Positions 19,489 through 30,031 of a stretch of 64,000 nucleotides of DNA are shown here, in pieces. How positions within the stretch are numbered: position 1 is the stretch's first letter; each line of letters begins with the position of its first letter. The DNA is taken from the NCBI GenBank assembly GCA_965222155.1, contig CBDCTH010000012.1, forward strand, positions 1,856,001 through 1,920,000, read 5' to 3'. The notes under the pieces were generated by a model. It ran no database searches. It was not told the origin of the DNA and worked only from the letters and a program-made list of their open reading frames with translations. Source of the stretch: Gammaproteobacteria bacterium. GTDB taxonomy: Bacteria; Pseudomonadota; Gammaproteobacteria; Eutrophobiales; Eutrophobiaceae. A program made the position numbers and the translations under genes.

Positions 19489-20801
19489 TTAAAGCGCGCA
19501 GGTCCTGAAACCCGCCATCACATCGCGCCGGTCCGGAGGGAAAAAATTACGGTACCGGCCTGTTACCATACGGCTTCGAGTTGCCCAGGCCCCGCCTTTT
19601 AATACCTTGGTGTCATAAAACAGCGGCTCTGAATATTCCTTGTAGGCATCCGCTGAAAATCCGGGAAACGGGGCAAACGTATCCGCTGTCCATTCCCATA
19701 CGTTGCCAAGCATCTGCCGGCAGGCAAACGCGCTGTCTCCCGCAGGCAACGCGGCCACATCAACACACCCCAGTGCGCGGCCATCAAGATTCGCCTGCCG
19801 TATCTCCGGCGCTTGTTCCCCCCAGGGGTAGGTGCGTTTTATCAGGGCAAGCACACTGTTGTCTTTTCAGGTTCACCCAATGCGGCGGCTTCCCACTCCA
19901 CTTCCGTCGGCAAGCGCCTGCCTGCCCAACGGCAATAAGCATTGGCTTCATACCAGTTCACATGAATGACAGGTTGATGCAGCGGCATAGCCTCGATCTC
20001 ATTAAAACGCCTCAGCCGCCATTCCCCCCGGTCACCGGTGAGCCAATATACAGGATGTCCGGCATGGGTTTGCTCCCGCCAGGACCAGCCTTCATCACTC
20101 CAGAACTCCCGGTGCCGATACCCCCCCGCATTGACGAAATCCATGAACTCGGCATTGGTGACCGGCGCTTTTGCCATGTGAAAGGGTTCAACAATTACTT
20201 TGTGCGCCCATTTTTCATTATCGAAGACAAACGGCGTTTCTTCAGTGGACCCTGGAAAAAACACCCCTCCCGGAATGGCTGCATCCCCCGGCCAGGCCCC
20301 GGCATCTGCATCTTCCGGGCTGAGAGCATTACCGAATGAGGGCTTTGGATAAGCCAATGTCTGACGCGACCAGGAATAAGCCTCGGTGTGCATGTCTTCA
20401 TGAAAGGTGGAAAACTGGTACAGGTAGCTTTGCGCCGGATCGGCCGTTCCGTCAGGTAACAGTGACAGGCAGTCGTGCAGGACATTCTCCGTATAATCCA
20501 GCGTCTCCTGCAAACTCAACAGTGGCAGGTCCCAACGCTGTTCGTGATGGATGGCGATGGAATCATAGATAGCGTCACCGTTTGCCAGTAGCGGGGGCCG
20601 ACCATACAGGTCGCGCAGGATGAACTTTTCATGAAACCAGGCCACGTGCCCGATTTCCCAGCGTAACGGATTGACGATGGGCAACTTCGGCCCTATCAGT
20701 TGCTCCTCATCCAGACCGGTGACCAGTTCCAGAGTCCTGTTATGGGCATCCGTCATGATTTCCTTCAAATAATTACTGCTTACCGGTTGCATCGTGACCA
20801 T
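19489..20801 (-). pseudogene. senA: Selenoneine synthase SenA (EgtB-like DinB + FGE-sulfatase domains), one frameshift near 19864-19867
   Basis: NPLRWEIGHVAWF, HEDMHTE, RLPTEVEWE in 19842..20801; YPWG, GNVWEW, GFRT in 19489..19854; one extra A in the A4 run joins them; next to senB and selD. Confidence 0.85.
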
Positions 20802-20820
20802 AGTTACTTAAAGTATAAGT

Positions 20821-21771
20821 ATGAAGATTATCCTAATTACCCCCGGAAAAAAACAATCGAAAACGGGAAATCGTACTACGGCGGTACGCTGGGCGCGATT
20901 GTTACGGGATATCGGCCACAGGGTAATAGTTCAGACCGACTGGGACGGGACGCCGGCCGATATGATGGTGGCGTTACATGCGTGGCGCAGCGCGTCATCG
21001 ATAGAGAGATTTTTCCAGCGCTTCCCCGGCCGCCCCCTGGTGGTTGCCTTGACCGGCACGGACATCTACCACTTCCAGCACAGCCATCCTGAGGAAACCC
21101 TGCGCTCCATGGAAATGGCCGACGCCCTGGTATGTCTGCATGACCTGGTATACCGGGCGATCCCGGAAACATACCGTGAGAAACTGCGTGTAATCCATCA
21201 ATCGGCAGTACCGCTGAAACGCGAACGCAGGCCGTCAGTGCGCACATTCGATGCCTGTGTAATAGGTCATTTACGCGAGGAGAAAGACCCGTTCAGAGCC
21301 GCCTGCGCTGCCCGAATCCTGCAGGAAGAGTCCAATCTCCGTGTGATCCATCTCGGCAAGGCACATGATAGTGAATGGGCCGAACAGGCGCGCACCGAGA
21401 TGGAGATAAATCCCCGTTATCACTGGCTTGGCGAGGTTGGCGCGTGGCGGGTACGACGGGAATTTGTAAAGACACATGTGCTGGTGCATAGCTCGATCAT
21501 GGAAGGCGGCGCTAACGTCATTTCAGAAGCCGTGATCGCGGGTGTTCCTGTCATTGCCTCTGATATCGATGGTAATGTCGGTCTGCTCGGCGAGGATTAT
21601 CCCGGTTATTATCCCGTAAAAGACACCAGAGCGCTTTGCGCATTGTTACAGCGAGCGGAAACAGAGCAAAGCTTCCTGCGACGTTTGCACGAGCATGGAA
21701 ATGAACGCAAACAATTGTTTACCCCGGAACGGGAGATCGAGCTCTGGAAAATGTTGTTGGATAGCCTGTGA
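20821..21771 (+). CDS. senB: Selenosugar synthase SenB (GT-B glycosyltransferase)
   Basis: ITP...GNRTTAVRW, ALHA, LTGTD, GHLREEKDP, SIMEGGANVISEA; between senA and selD. Confidence 0.9.
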   Translation: MKIILITPGKKQSKTGNRTTAVRWARLLRDIGHRVIVQTDWDGTPADMMVALHAWRSASSIERFFQRFPGRPLVVALTGTDIYHFQHSHPEETLRSMEMADALVCLHDLVYRAIPETYREKLRVIHQSAVPLKRERRPSVRTFDACVIGHLREEKDPFRAACAARILQEESNLRVIHLGKAHDSEWAEQARTEMEINPRYHWLGEVGAWRVRREFVKTHVLVHSSIMEGGANVISEAVIAGVPVIASDIDGNVGLLGEDYPGYYPVKDTRALCALLQRAETEQSFLRRLHEHGNERKQLFTPEREIELWKMLLDSL

Positions 21772-21783
21772 TAATGACGATGA

Positions 21784-22191
21784 CTACCCTGTTTCGAATG
21801 GATTCAAGAATTCCACACCAAGTATGTCAAAATCACGCCCGTTTCTGGTGACGACCGTCAACCTGTGAACGATGGCCGTTGCAGCAATCATCGCATCCTC
21901 AGTTATGGTGTCTGACTTTCTGTGCATGAGACGCGCCCATTCTCGGAAAGCTGGCGCATTCATCGGTAGTACACTGTAGGAAGCGAGAACTTTGTTGAGC
22001 CAGTCTTCCAACTCCTCTGCCTTTACCACATCCTGCTCCCGGGTAATTTCGATGCCCGCCTGTATCTCCCCGACCGTAACTACAGATACAAAGAGTTGAT
22101 CCGAAGGTATGTTCGTAATCCAATCCAGAACCGCCCGGTGTGGCTGTCGACGTCGCAATTCTGAAACCACCTTGGTATCAAGTAAGTACAC
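21784..22191 (-). CDS. vapC: VapC/PIN-domain toxin
   Basis: YLLDT(K)VVSE, TVGEI, DAMIAATA, VVTRNGRDF. Confidence 0.9.
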   Translation of the reverse strand: MYLLDTKVVSELRRRQPHRAVLDWITNIPSDQLFVSVVTVGEIQAGIEITREQDVVKAEELEDWLNKVLASYSVLPMNAPAFREWARLMHRKSDTITEDAMIAATAIVHRLTVVTRNGRDFDILGVEFLNPFETG

Positions 22192-22195
22192 CTGT

Positions 22196-22456
22196 TTACT
22201 CGACGACCGTTGGCGTCCGTCGGCGGTATTTCAGACGCGGTGGAGTAAGCGTGTCAGCCCGCGCTTCCGGTGTAAGAAGCAATTCCTTCAAGTCAGGTTT
22301 CGCCATCTCCTCTAATCTCCGCCACTGCCCAATAGGGACGAGCACTGCCGTTTCTACGCCACGCTTGGTCACGATCTGCGGTCCATCGGACAGACTAGCT
22401 TTAAGTAATTCGCTGAATCTCGCCTTCGCATCCTGAACCTGCCATATCTTGCTCAT
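22196..22456 (-). CDS. Phd/YefM family antitoxin
   Basis: WQVQDAKARFSELL...GPQIVTKRG; directly upstream of vapC. Confidence 0.9.
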   Translation of the reverse strand: MSKIWQVQDAKARFSELLKASLSDGPQIVTKRGVETAVLVPIGQWRRLEEMAKPDLKELLLTPEARADTLTPPRLKYRRRTPTVVE

Positions 22457-22479
22457 ACCGCCCCCAATTATTTGTAAAC

Positions 22480-22500
22480 TGACTAGGCATAAGACTAGTC
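22480..22500. promoter_or_regulatory. Possible TA autoregulatory operator
   Basis: GACTAG twice, second within palindrome GACTAGTC, just upstream of the antitoxin start. Confidence 0.4.
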
Positions 22501-22569
22501 TATAACACATGGAAGGTCAAGATGAAGAAGTGCAGTGTGAAAACAGGGCCGAATGGTCATCTTGAAACG

Positions 22570-24840
22570 TCATGACAGCAATCTTACCGGCTCCAACCGA
22601 TCACCCTCAGGCAACACCCTGCCGATAATTGCCGTTCGGGTATAGCCCAGATTACGCAGCTCGCTGAGACACGCTTGTGCCCGCTCTTCCGGGACACCGG
22701 CAAGTAATCCACCGGAGGTCTGCGGATCGAATATCAATGGGTAGCGCAGATATTTTGACGCGCTTTCAACATCACGTATGGCTCGGCGCAAACGCAGGTT
22801 CTCTGGTTGTAATGAGCTGAATATGCCGGCTGCAACCGTCTCCTCGGCACCGGCCAGAAACGGGATGGCGCCCAGGTCGAGCTCAACATCAACGTGAGAA
22901 GGCTTTATCATTTCCACCAGGTGTCCCAGCAGGCCAAAGCCGGTTACATCCGTGCATGCGGTTGCCCCGTGTGCGAACAAACACCCGGCGGCTTCATGGT
23001 TTGATTGCAACATGCTTGCCAGTGCGGCAGCGATCCAGGGCCCTTTTGCCTTGTATCGCATATCGGCCGCAAACAGGGTCCCGGTCCCGATGGCCTTGGT
23101 CAACAGGATTCGATTACCTGCATCCAGGCCGCTTTTATGCAGGATATTCTCCCGGTCAATCAGGCCGTTCACGGAAAAACCCAAAGACAACTCCTCGCCT
23201 TCGCTCGTATGTCCGCCGACCAGTGCCGTACCTGTCTCGTTCAATACCTTGAGGGCGCCTCGCAACATTTGCGAAAGCAATTCTTCAACCTTCTTTTCAT
23301 TAGCGTAGGGGACGGTCACGATAGCCAATGCCGTTTGCGGCTGCGCGCCCATCGCGTATAAGTCACTCAGGGCATGATTTGCGGCCACCTGTCCGAAAAT
23401 ATAGGGATCATCGATAAACGATCGGAATGAATCGACCGTGTGCACCATCACTTTACCGGCAGGAACACTCGCTACGGCAGCATCATCAGGTTCGTGTAAC
23501 CCGATAAGCACATCATCCCGGGAAACCGGTTCAAGTCCTGCCAGTGCGTTTTCAAGCACCGTAGCGCCCACCTTGGAACCGCAACCGCCACAGCGCATGG
23601 CAATGGCGGATATCTCCTTGATCGCGTCCTTATCGACTAACCCGCGGGGAATATCCTGCCGCACCTCCCCCTCCATATCGGGAAGCCGGTTGAACTTGCG
23701 CATGAAGCGGCGATCAATCCAGTCTTTCCAGTTCCACACCCAGCGTCCTTCCAGCGCCCACCAGGAGCGTGAGGCGATGGCATATTTATCTCCCGTGGAA
23801 ATCAGGCTGAGGAATTCTCTTTGCGGGAAAAAGGGTTTAAGGGGACGGTCCAGCAACTTGCGCCGGACATTCGATGACAGAGGCGGTCCCTGACGCACGG
23901 CGAACACACCGGATTTGGGCCGGGGATGGTTAACCACGTGGGCGCTATCACCGGCCGCGAAGATGTCCGCATGTGACACGGACTCAAGTGTATTGTTGAC
24001 TTTGATAAATCCCTGTTCATCAACGTCAAGCCCGGCCTTTGCCAACCACGTCTGGGCGCGGGCCATGGTCACCCATAGTATCTCATCCAGATCAAAGGTT
24101 GCGCCGTTGGCGCATTGCAAACCGCCGGGCCGGACTTCGACCACCTTGTGTCGCGTATGGACGTTGATCTCCCGCTCTGTAAGCACGCGCCGGAACTTGG
24201 CGCGTACAAATCGGTTGTGGGTGGTCAGGACGGCATCAGCATCGGTAAACAAGTGAAATTCAGGAGCTACATTATCCGGCCATTTTCCGGCCAGTAACTC
24301 TTTCAGTCGATATTGAACCGCAAGCGTCAGTTCAACGCCGCCTGCCCCCGCGCCGACGATGCCGATCCGCAAGCCACCCCGGCGCCGTAATACCCGCTCA
24401 CACAGGCTTTGCCAGTTGTCAACAAAACCATCGATGGGTTTGACCGGCGTTACATTGGCGGCAGCGCCGGGGACAGCAGAGATATCAGGCGCGGAGCCAA
24501 CGTTAATTGACAGCACGTCGTAACTCACGTCAGGCCGGTCGCGGCAGATCAGTCTTTTATTGTCCGTATCCAGACCGACCACCTCATCATGGAAAAACCG
24601 GGCGCCGGCAAATCGGGATAAGGGAACCAGGTCGATATGAGCCTCGTCGAAACTATAGTGTCCGGCTATAAATCCTGGCAACATACCGGAATAAGGCGCC
24701 TGCAAATCCCGGCATATCAAGGTCACGCGTACGCCCGGCATGGGCTTCATACCAAGCTTTTTCAACACGGTGACGTGGGCGTGCCCACCACCTACCAGCA
24801 CCAGGTCCTTCAAAACCGGGATATGATTGCTATTCATCAC
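22570..24840 (-). CDS. selD: Selenide, water dikinase fused to N-terminal FAD/NAD(P) oxidoreductase (SelD, SenC role)
   Basis: N-terminal GGGHAH, YSGMLPG, GAGAGG; C-terminal RCGGCGSK, DDAA, ALSDLYAMG, GGHTSEG, TDVTGFGLLGH, DPQTSGGLL. Confidence 0.95.
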   Translation of the reverse strand: MMNSNHIPVLKDLVLVGGGHAHVTVLKKLGMKPMPGVRVTLICRDLQAPYSGMLPGFIAGHYSFDEAHIDLVPLSRFAGARFFHDEVVGLDTDNKRLICRDRPDVSYDVLSINVGSAPDISAVPGAAANVTPVKPIDGFVDNWQSLCERVLRRRGGLRIGIVGAGAGGVELTLAVQYRLKELLAGKWPDNVAPEFHLFTDADAVLTTHNRFVRAKFRRVLTEREINVHTRHKVVEVRPGGLQCANGATFDLDEILWVTMARAQTWLAKAGLDVDEQGFIKVNNTLESVSHADIFAAGDSAHVVNHPRPKSGVFAVRQGPPLSSNVRRKLLDRPLKPFFPQREFLSLISTGDKYAIASRSWWALEGRWVWNWKDWIDRRFMRKFNRLPDMEGEVRQDIPRGLVDKDAIKEISAIAMRCGGCGSKVGATVLENALAGLEPVSRDDVLIGLHEPDDAAVASVPAGKVMVHTVDSFRSFIDDPYIFGQVAANHALSDLYAMGAQPQTALAIVTVPYANEKKVEELLSQMLRGALKVLNETGTALVGGHTSEGEELSLGFSVNGLIDRENILHKSGLDAGNRILLTKAIGTGTLFAADMRYKAKGPWIAAALASMLQSNHEAAGCLFAHGATACTDVTGFGLLGHLVEMIKPSHVDVELDLGAIPFLAGAEETVAAGIFSSLQPENLRLRRAIRDVESASKYLRYPLIFDPQTSGGLLAGVPEERAQACLSELRNLGYTRTAIIGRVLPEGDRLEPVRLLS

Positions 24841-25421
24841 ACCACAAATCCACCCGGGATGGCGCCCATCAACCAGTCCCGGAGAAAGCGCGCCACACTG
24901 CGGTCCACCAGGACGCGAAAGCGCGGTGTATCATCCAGGCGATGGATAATGACTGACAGGTGTTGCAAACGGGTCAATGCATAGCGGCCGGAGGGAAATG
25001 CCTTGCCATCGAGGTCGACCGAACATCCCTCCGCCAGCCTTGCTACAGCATCTTCACCGGATATGTCGATGATACTGTACGCATCGGTCAAATCAGTGAC
25101 GACATACGTGACCTCATTGGATGAATCCTGTAACGCGGTGTTGATACTGTCGATATCTGACGCCGGATTAACTAACAACCAGTCATTTGGCGCCAACCAG
25201 TAAGCTGAGATCTCATTATCCACATTTTCCTGCGGACCTGGCGGTAGTACGATTCCGGTCAGCCTTTCAAGAGGAGTGGTATTCAATTCAGCACCTGGCC
25301 GCGTCTGCAGGCGCAGTTTACGTATATTGTCAACCGCTTGCAGCTTCAGCCGCTCAGTCTGCAGCAACCATGACTGTCCGTCATTTCCTTGCAACGCAAA
25401 TGAAGGATTGATATCAAACAT
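24837..25421 (-). CDS. soxG: Sarcosine oxidase family gamma subunit
   Basis: WLAPNDWL, GCSVDL, VDRSVARFLRDW; stop overlaps selD start (ATGA). Confidence 0.85.
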   Translation of the reverse strand: MFDINPSFALQGNDGQSWLLQTERLKLQAVDNIRKLRLQTRPGAELNTTPLERLTGIVLPPGPQENVDNEISAYWLAPNDWLLVNPASDIDSINTALQDSSNEVTYVVTDLTDAYSIIDISGEDAVARLAEGCSVDLDGKAFPSGRYALTRLQHLSVIIHRLDDTPRFRVLVDRSVARFLRDWLMGAIPGGFVV

Positions 25422-28380
25422 GCAATCGTTCCCCTTTCGGGTCCCAGGCGGCCGGCACACTGATCACCGCGACATTAACCTGGCCATCGTCATACACGTT
25501 CACTGTCTCACCCAGTCGCTTACTGCCGTCCCGCACCAGTCCCAGCCCCACATAGCGTTGCAGGTTGGGACTGTAACAGGCAGATGTGACATACCCCTGG
25601 GTAGGTGCCGGCGCCGCCGAATGTCTTGCATCGATAACATGGGAGCCGGCAGCAAGCACCCCTCCGTCCTGCGCTGGAGTCAGCCCTACAAATTCCAGGC
25701 GTCCGTCGCTGACATTGAAGGGACGGCTTAAGGATCGTTTACCGAGAAACTCACCCTGCTTCCGGTCTGCCACGTGGCCCCAGCCGATATCCCTGGGCGT
25801 GGTATAACCGTCGGTATCACTGCCTACATGCAGGTAGCCCTTCTCGGTCCGCAATACCGTCAGTGTCTCGATACCGATCGGCATCACCTGCAAGTCTTCC
25901 CCGAGCTGCAACAAGGCGTTCCATAAGGTTGCTCCCCGGTCCGCGGGAACGTTGAGTTCATAACAAAGTTCACCGGTGAAGCTTGCTCTCAATACGCGTA
26001 GCGCTATGTTATCTATAGTACCGGTCGTGATAGCCATATGAGGCAACCCGTTATCGCTGAGATCGATACCGGTCTTCAGTCGCTCAAGCAGTTCTCCGGC
26101 GCGCGGCCCGGATACGGCCACATTCGCCCACTGGCTGGTAACAGGCGTCAGCAATACATCCAGATCCGGCCAGTCACCCTGCAGCAAAGCCTCCATCCAG
26201 GCGTGGATTCGGTTTGCACCGGCGCTGGTGGTATGTACCAGATAGCGGTTCCCGGCAACCCTGGCAAAAATGCCGTCATCGATGATAACGCCGTTTTCAT
26301 TCAGCATCAGGCCATAACGGGCCCGGCCTGTTTTCAGCGAGGTGACGTTATTGATGTAAACCCGGTTCAGAAATTCGGCGGCATCAGGTCCATATACTTC
26401 AAATTTACCCAGTGGCGACCCGTCAAAGAGAACCACAGAGGTACGCGCAGCCACGGCCTCCCGGGCTATGGCCTGCTGCTCGTTTTCACCATTGCGCAGG
26501 TAAACCCGGGGCCGGCGCCAGGGTCCGTAATCGTCAAATTGAGCGTTTAACTGTTCATGACAATCATTCAACGGGCTGCGCTGGACCGGCGCATAGAATT
26601 CACCGCTGTTGCGTCCGGCTATAGCACCCAGTGTTACCGGCAGATAGAAGGGGCGAAAGGTGGTAGTGCCTACTTCTCCGGGTGTCCGATCAGTGCGTTC
26701 CGCCAGGGCAATCAAGGCATTCACATTTGCGGTTTTACCCTGATCTATGGACATGCCCGTGGTGGTATAGCGTTTCATGTGTTCTACGGAGGTATAGTTC
26801 TCGGCTACCGCAATATCTATATCCTGCAGGGTTACGTCATATTGAAAATCAATCCATTGTCTGTCGCTGCGCTGTTCACGCCAGACCCGTTCGATGTGCA
26901 GAGCGTCATCACTACTCGATTGAGCGTGCGGGCGATTGTTTTTTGCTTGGTTGCCACTAGCCTTGTATCCGGCATCCCAGCCCTGCTCCAGCGCTCTATC
27001 CAGGGTCAGGGCGCCGGCCACCATTCCCGCCACATGCACATGGGGAGGAATCAGGTCCGGCAGGAATGCGCCCAGCGAGGAATCGTAGCGCAGCCTGCCG
27101 CGGGCCTGGGTGAAGAGGTGAACCGCCGGCTGCCAGCCTCCGGCCATGGCGACACAGTCACATTGCAGGGTCGCGCTACTCTCCGGATCGTCCCGTTTGG
27201 CGACGGACACGCTATGTACGCCTTTATCACCCCGGCAATCAAGGGGAATGGCATTCTGAAACACTGTCATGCTCTGCTCGCGCAGCACCCGCGCGCCTTC
27301 GCCTGCCGGCTTTTGCCGTGAGTCGATCATAGCCACAACGTTGACGCCTGCATTCATGAGTGCATCGGCAACGCCATATGCGCTGTCGTTATTTGTCGCA
27401 ATGACGATGCGCATTCCCGATGCCACTGCGTAACGGCTACAGTATTGTTGTACAGCACTTGCCAGCATGATGCCCGGGCGATCATTGTTGGGGAACACCA
27501 GGGGCTGCTCGATGGCGCCTGTAGCCAGGACAACCTCTTGCGCGTGGATCTTCCATAACCGCTGCCGCGGCCCTTCACCTGCCCCAGTGATGCGCCGGTC
27601 CTGTACCATTTCAGCGGCGATGACCATGTGATGGTCAAACCAGGCTGAGGCCGTGGTGTTGGTCAACAGTGTAACGTTATCCCGTTGCTGCAAAACGCGA
27701 ACGGTGTCTTCCAGCCATACGCTCCCCGGTTCACCATTAATGCTATCTTCGTTCCAAAGCAGACTACCGCCTAACAAGGTGTCCTGCTCAATCACAATGA
27801 CCCGCGCTGCGTGCTCACTGGCGGTCAGCGCCGCGCTCAGCCCGGCTGGTCCCCCGCCCACAACCAGTACATCACAATGCACGTTGTGGTGAATATATTG
27901 ATCGGGATCATCGTCCGGCGGCAGTTTGCCCAGGCCCGACATACGCCGGATAAACCCTTCGTACCAGCGCCAGCCGGGCCAGATGAAGGTCTTGTTGTAA
28001 AAACCGGCAGGCCACAGGAAATGCAAGTAATCCAGGCTGCGCCCGATATCGAAATTTACACCGGGCCAGCAGTTTTGACTGCGCGCGGCCAACCCCTGGT
28101 ACAATGGCTGCAATGTCGCCCGCACATTGGGCTCTTCCAGTGCGCCCTGCCCCACAGTCACCAGTGCATTACACTCCTCAGCGCCGGCAGCGAGAACGCC
28201 CCGGGGACGATGAAACTTGAAACTGCGTCCCACAACCCGTACCCCATTGGCCAATAATGCCGACGCCAGGGTGTCACCTTCAAATCCATCATAGCGTGTG
28301 CCGTTGAAAGTAAACGACAACGGCTTCTCACGATCTATCCGGCCACCTGATTCAAGCCGCAATGGCTGCGCTTCGCTCAT
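25414..28380 (-). CDS. soxA: Sarcosine oxidase family alpha subunit
   Basis: GDTLASALLANG, RSFKFHRPRG, GGGPAG, KRYTTTGMSIDQGK, GcvT-like C-terminus (LRTEKG). Confidence 0.93.
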   Translation of the reverse strand: MSEAQPLRLESGGRIDREKPLSFTFNGTRYDGFEGDTLASALLANGVRVVGRSFKFHRPRGVLAAGAEECNALVTVGQGALEEPNVRATLQPLYQGLAARSQNCWPGVNFDIGRSLDYLHFLWPAGFYNKTFIWPGWRWYEGFIRRMSGLGKLPPDDDPDQYIHHNVHCDVLVVGGGPAGLSAALTASEHAARVIVIEQDTLLGGSLLWNEDSINGEPGSVWLEDTVRVLQQRDNVTLLTNTTASAWFDHHMVIAAEMVQDRRITGAGEGPRQRLWKIHAQEVVLATGAIEQPLVFPNNDRPGIMLASAVQQYCSRYAVASGMRIVIATNNDSAYGVADALMNAGVNVVAMIDSRQKPAGEGARVLREQSMTVFQNAIPLDCRGDKGVHSVSVAKRDDPESSATLQCDCVAMAGGWQPAVHLFTQARGRLRYDSSLGAFLPDLIPPHVHVAGMVAGALTLDRALEQGWDAGYKASGNQAKNNRPHAQSSSDDALHIERVWREQRSDRQWIDFQYDVTLQDIDIAVAENYTSVEHMKRYTTTGMSIDQGKTANVNALIALAERTDRTPGEVGTTTFRPFYLPVTLGAIAGRNSGEFYAPVQRSPLNDCHEQLNAQFDDYGPWRRPRVYLRNGENEQQAIAREAVAARTSVVLFDGSPLGKFEVYGPDAAEFLNRVYINNVTSLKTGRARYGLMLNENGVIIDDGIFARVAGNRYLVHTTSAGANRIHAWMEALLQGDWPDLDVLLTPVTSQWANVAVSGPRAGELLERLKTGIDLSDNGLPHMAITTGTIDNIALRVLRASFTGELCYELNVPADRGATLWNALLQLGEDLQVMPIGIETLTVLRTEKGYLHVGSDTDGYTTPRDIGWGHVADRKQGEFLGKRSLSRPFNVSDGRLEFVGLTPAQDGGVLAAGSHVIDARHSAAPAPTQGYVTSACYSPNLQRYVGLGLVRDGSKRLGETVNVYDDGQVNVAVISVPAAWDPKGERLHV

Positions 28381-28670
28381 ACCATTTCTTCCGGGTCAAT
28401 ACCAGGGCGTGCTTCATCCATGCGATACACTGTCAGGATTTCATGACTCAGGGTATGACGCACTACATTGAACCACTGCCGGCAACCATGGCGGTGTTGC
28501 CAGCGTTCAAAATGCAGTCCCTTGGGGTTATCACGAAAAAAGAGATATTCAGCCCATTCCCGGTCCGATACCTGCCCCGCCGGTTCCGGCCGGGCGATAT
28601 GTGCTTGCCCGCCGAAAACGAATTCATTTTCATCACGTTCACCACAAAAAGGGCATGAAATACGCAGCAT
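28377..28670 (-). CDS. soxD: Sarcosine oxidase family delta subunit
   Basis: CPFCGERDENEF, RDNPKG, HRHGCRQWF zinc ligands. Confidence 0.93.
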   Translation of the reverse strand: MLRISCPFCGERDENEFVFGGQAHIARPEPAGQVSDREWAEYLFFRDNPKGLHFERWQHRHGCRQWFNVVRHTLSHEILTVYRMDEARPGIDPEEMV

Positions 28671-28683
28671 GACAATATCCGGG

Positions 28684-29928
28684 CTAGTGAGCGACACCTG
28701 CCGCGGCCGATTCATCCACCAGGGCGCCGCTCTCAAAACGCTCCAGGGAAAAGGCTTGTATCAATTCATGCGGACGGTCGTTAACGATGGTGTAGGACAT
28801 GGTGTCACCGCTTGCCGGGATGGCCTTGAAACCACCGGTCCCCCAGCCGCAGTTGATATACAGGTTCCGTACCGGTGTCTTACCCATAATGGGACTGGTG
28901 TCCGGCGAAATATCGACAATACCGGCCCACTGGCGCATGAGTTTTAACCGGCTGAAACGAGGATACAACGACAGGAACGCCTGTACATTGGCCTCGATTG
29001 TATTAATACCGCCACGCTGGGCATAGGAGTTGTATACATCGGCGCTGGCGCCCAGGACGATTTCACCGCGATCCGACTGATTCACGTACATATGTACGGA
29101 GCCTGACAAGGTAGCGATATTAAGTACCGGCTTGACAGGTTCGGATACCATGGCCTGCAACGCCATACTGGTGAGTGGTAAACGAAAACCGGCCATTTTC
29201 GCCAGTACACTGGTGTGGCCGGCTACCGTGACATGCACTTTGCCGGCCACAATATCACCCAGGGATGTACGCACTTCGGTCACCGTGCCGTTGCTGATAT
29301 CCAAACCGGTTACGCTACAGTTCTGAATAATATCCACGCCCAGGTTATCGGCAGCGCGGGCATAGCCCCAGTTGACCGCATCGTGACGAGCAATGCCGCC
29401 ACGTTTTTGAATAAACCCACCGACCACGGGAAAACGCGCATTGATATCCAGAAGCGGTTCAATCTCTTTGATCCGTCTTGGCGTCAGGATTTCAGAATCT
29501 ATGCCGTTCAGCTGAATGGCATTGGCCCAGCGCCTGAGCATTTCCATTTCGTGATCACTATGGGCAAGGACCAGCAGGCCGCGCTGGCTGAACATCACAT
29601 TGATATTCAGCTCGCGGCTCAGGCGTTCGTATAACTTCAGGGAATGCTCAAAGAAAGCGGCGCTTTCCGGATAAAAATAATTTGAACGGATAACCTGGGT
29701 ATTGCGACCGCTGTTACCGCCGCCCAGCCAACCGCGCTCCAGCACCGCAATATTGCGGACACCATGCTTTTTTGCCAGGTAATACGCAGTGGCAAGACCA
29801 TGGCCGCCGCCGCCGATGATGACCACGTCATAGGATTTCTTCAACTCCGGGGCACGCCAGGCCGGCTGCCAGCGCTTATGGCCGGTGAGCGCATGGTAGA
29901 CAATCCTGGCAAAAGAATACCTCTCCAC
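28684..29928 (-). CDS. soxB: Sarcosine oxidase family beta subunit
   Basis: GGGGHGLATAYYLA, GRNTQVIRSNY, ARHDAV, GWGTGGFKA, C-terminal AAGVAH. Confidence 0.93.
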   Translation of the reverse strand: MERYSFARIVYHALTGHKRWQPAWRAPELKKSYDVVIIGGGGHGLATAYYLAKKHGVRNIAVLERGWLGGGNSGRNTQVIRSNYFYPESAAFFEHSLKLYERLSRELNINVMFSQRGLLVLAHSDHEMEMLRRWANAIQLNGIDSEILTPRRIKEIEPLLDINARFPVVGGFIQKRGGIARHDAVNWGYARAADNLGVDIIQNCSVTGLDISNGTVTEVRTSLGDIVAGKVHVTVAGHTSVLAKMAGFRLPLTSMALQAMVSEPVKPVLNIATLSGSVHMYVNQSDRGEIVLGASADVYNSYAQRGGINTIEANVQAFLSLYPRFSRLKLMRQWAGIVDISPDTSPIMGKTPVRNLYINCGWGTGGFKAIPASGDTMSYTIVNDRPHELIQAFSLERFESGALVDESAAAGVAH

Positions 29929-30031
29929 GACAAATTCCCGGTAGCAGTTTAATGTAAATTGATGGTTACATTAGCAGTCATTCCGTGCCCCGGCTTACAA
30001 CATGCCGGGGCAGGCTTGACACGGAAACCAG

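Noticed and set aside
19842-19880. Programmed frameshift in senA
   Set aside because: No canonical X XXY YYZ slippery heptamer or obvious stimulatory structure; a simple indel is more parsimonious
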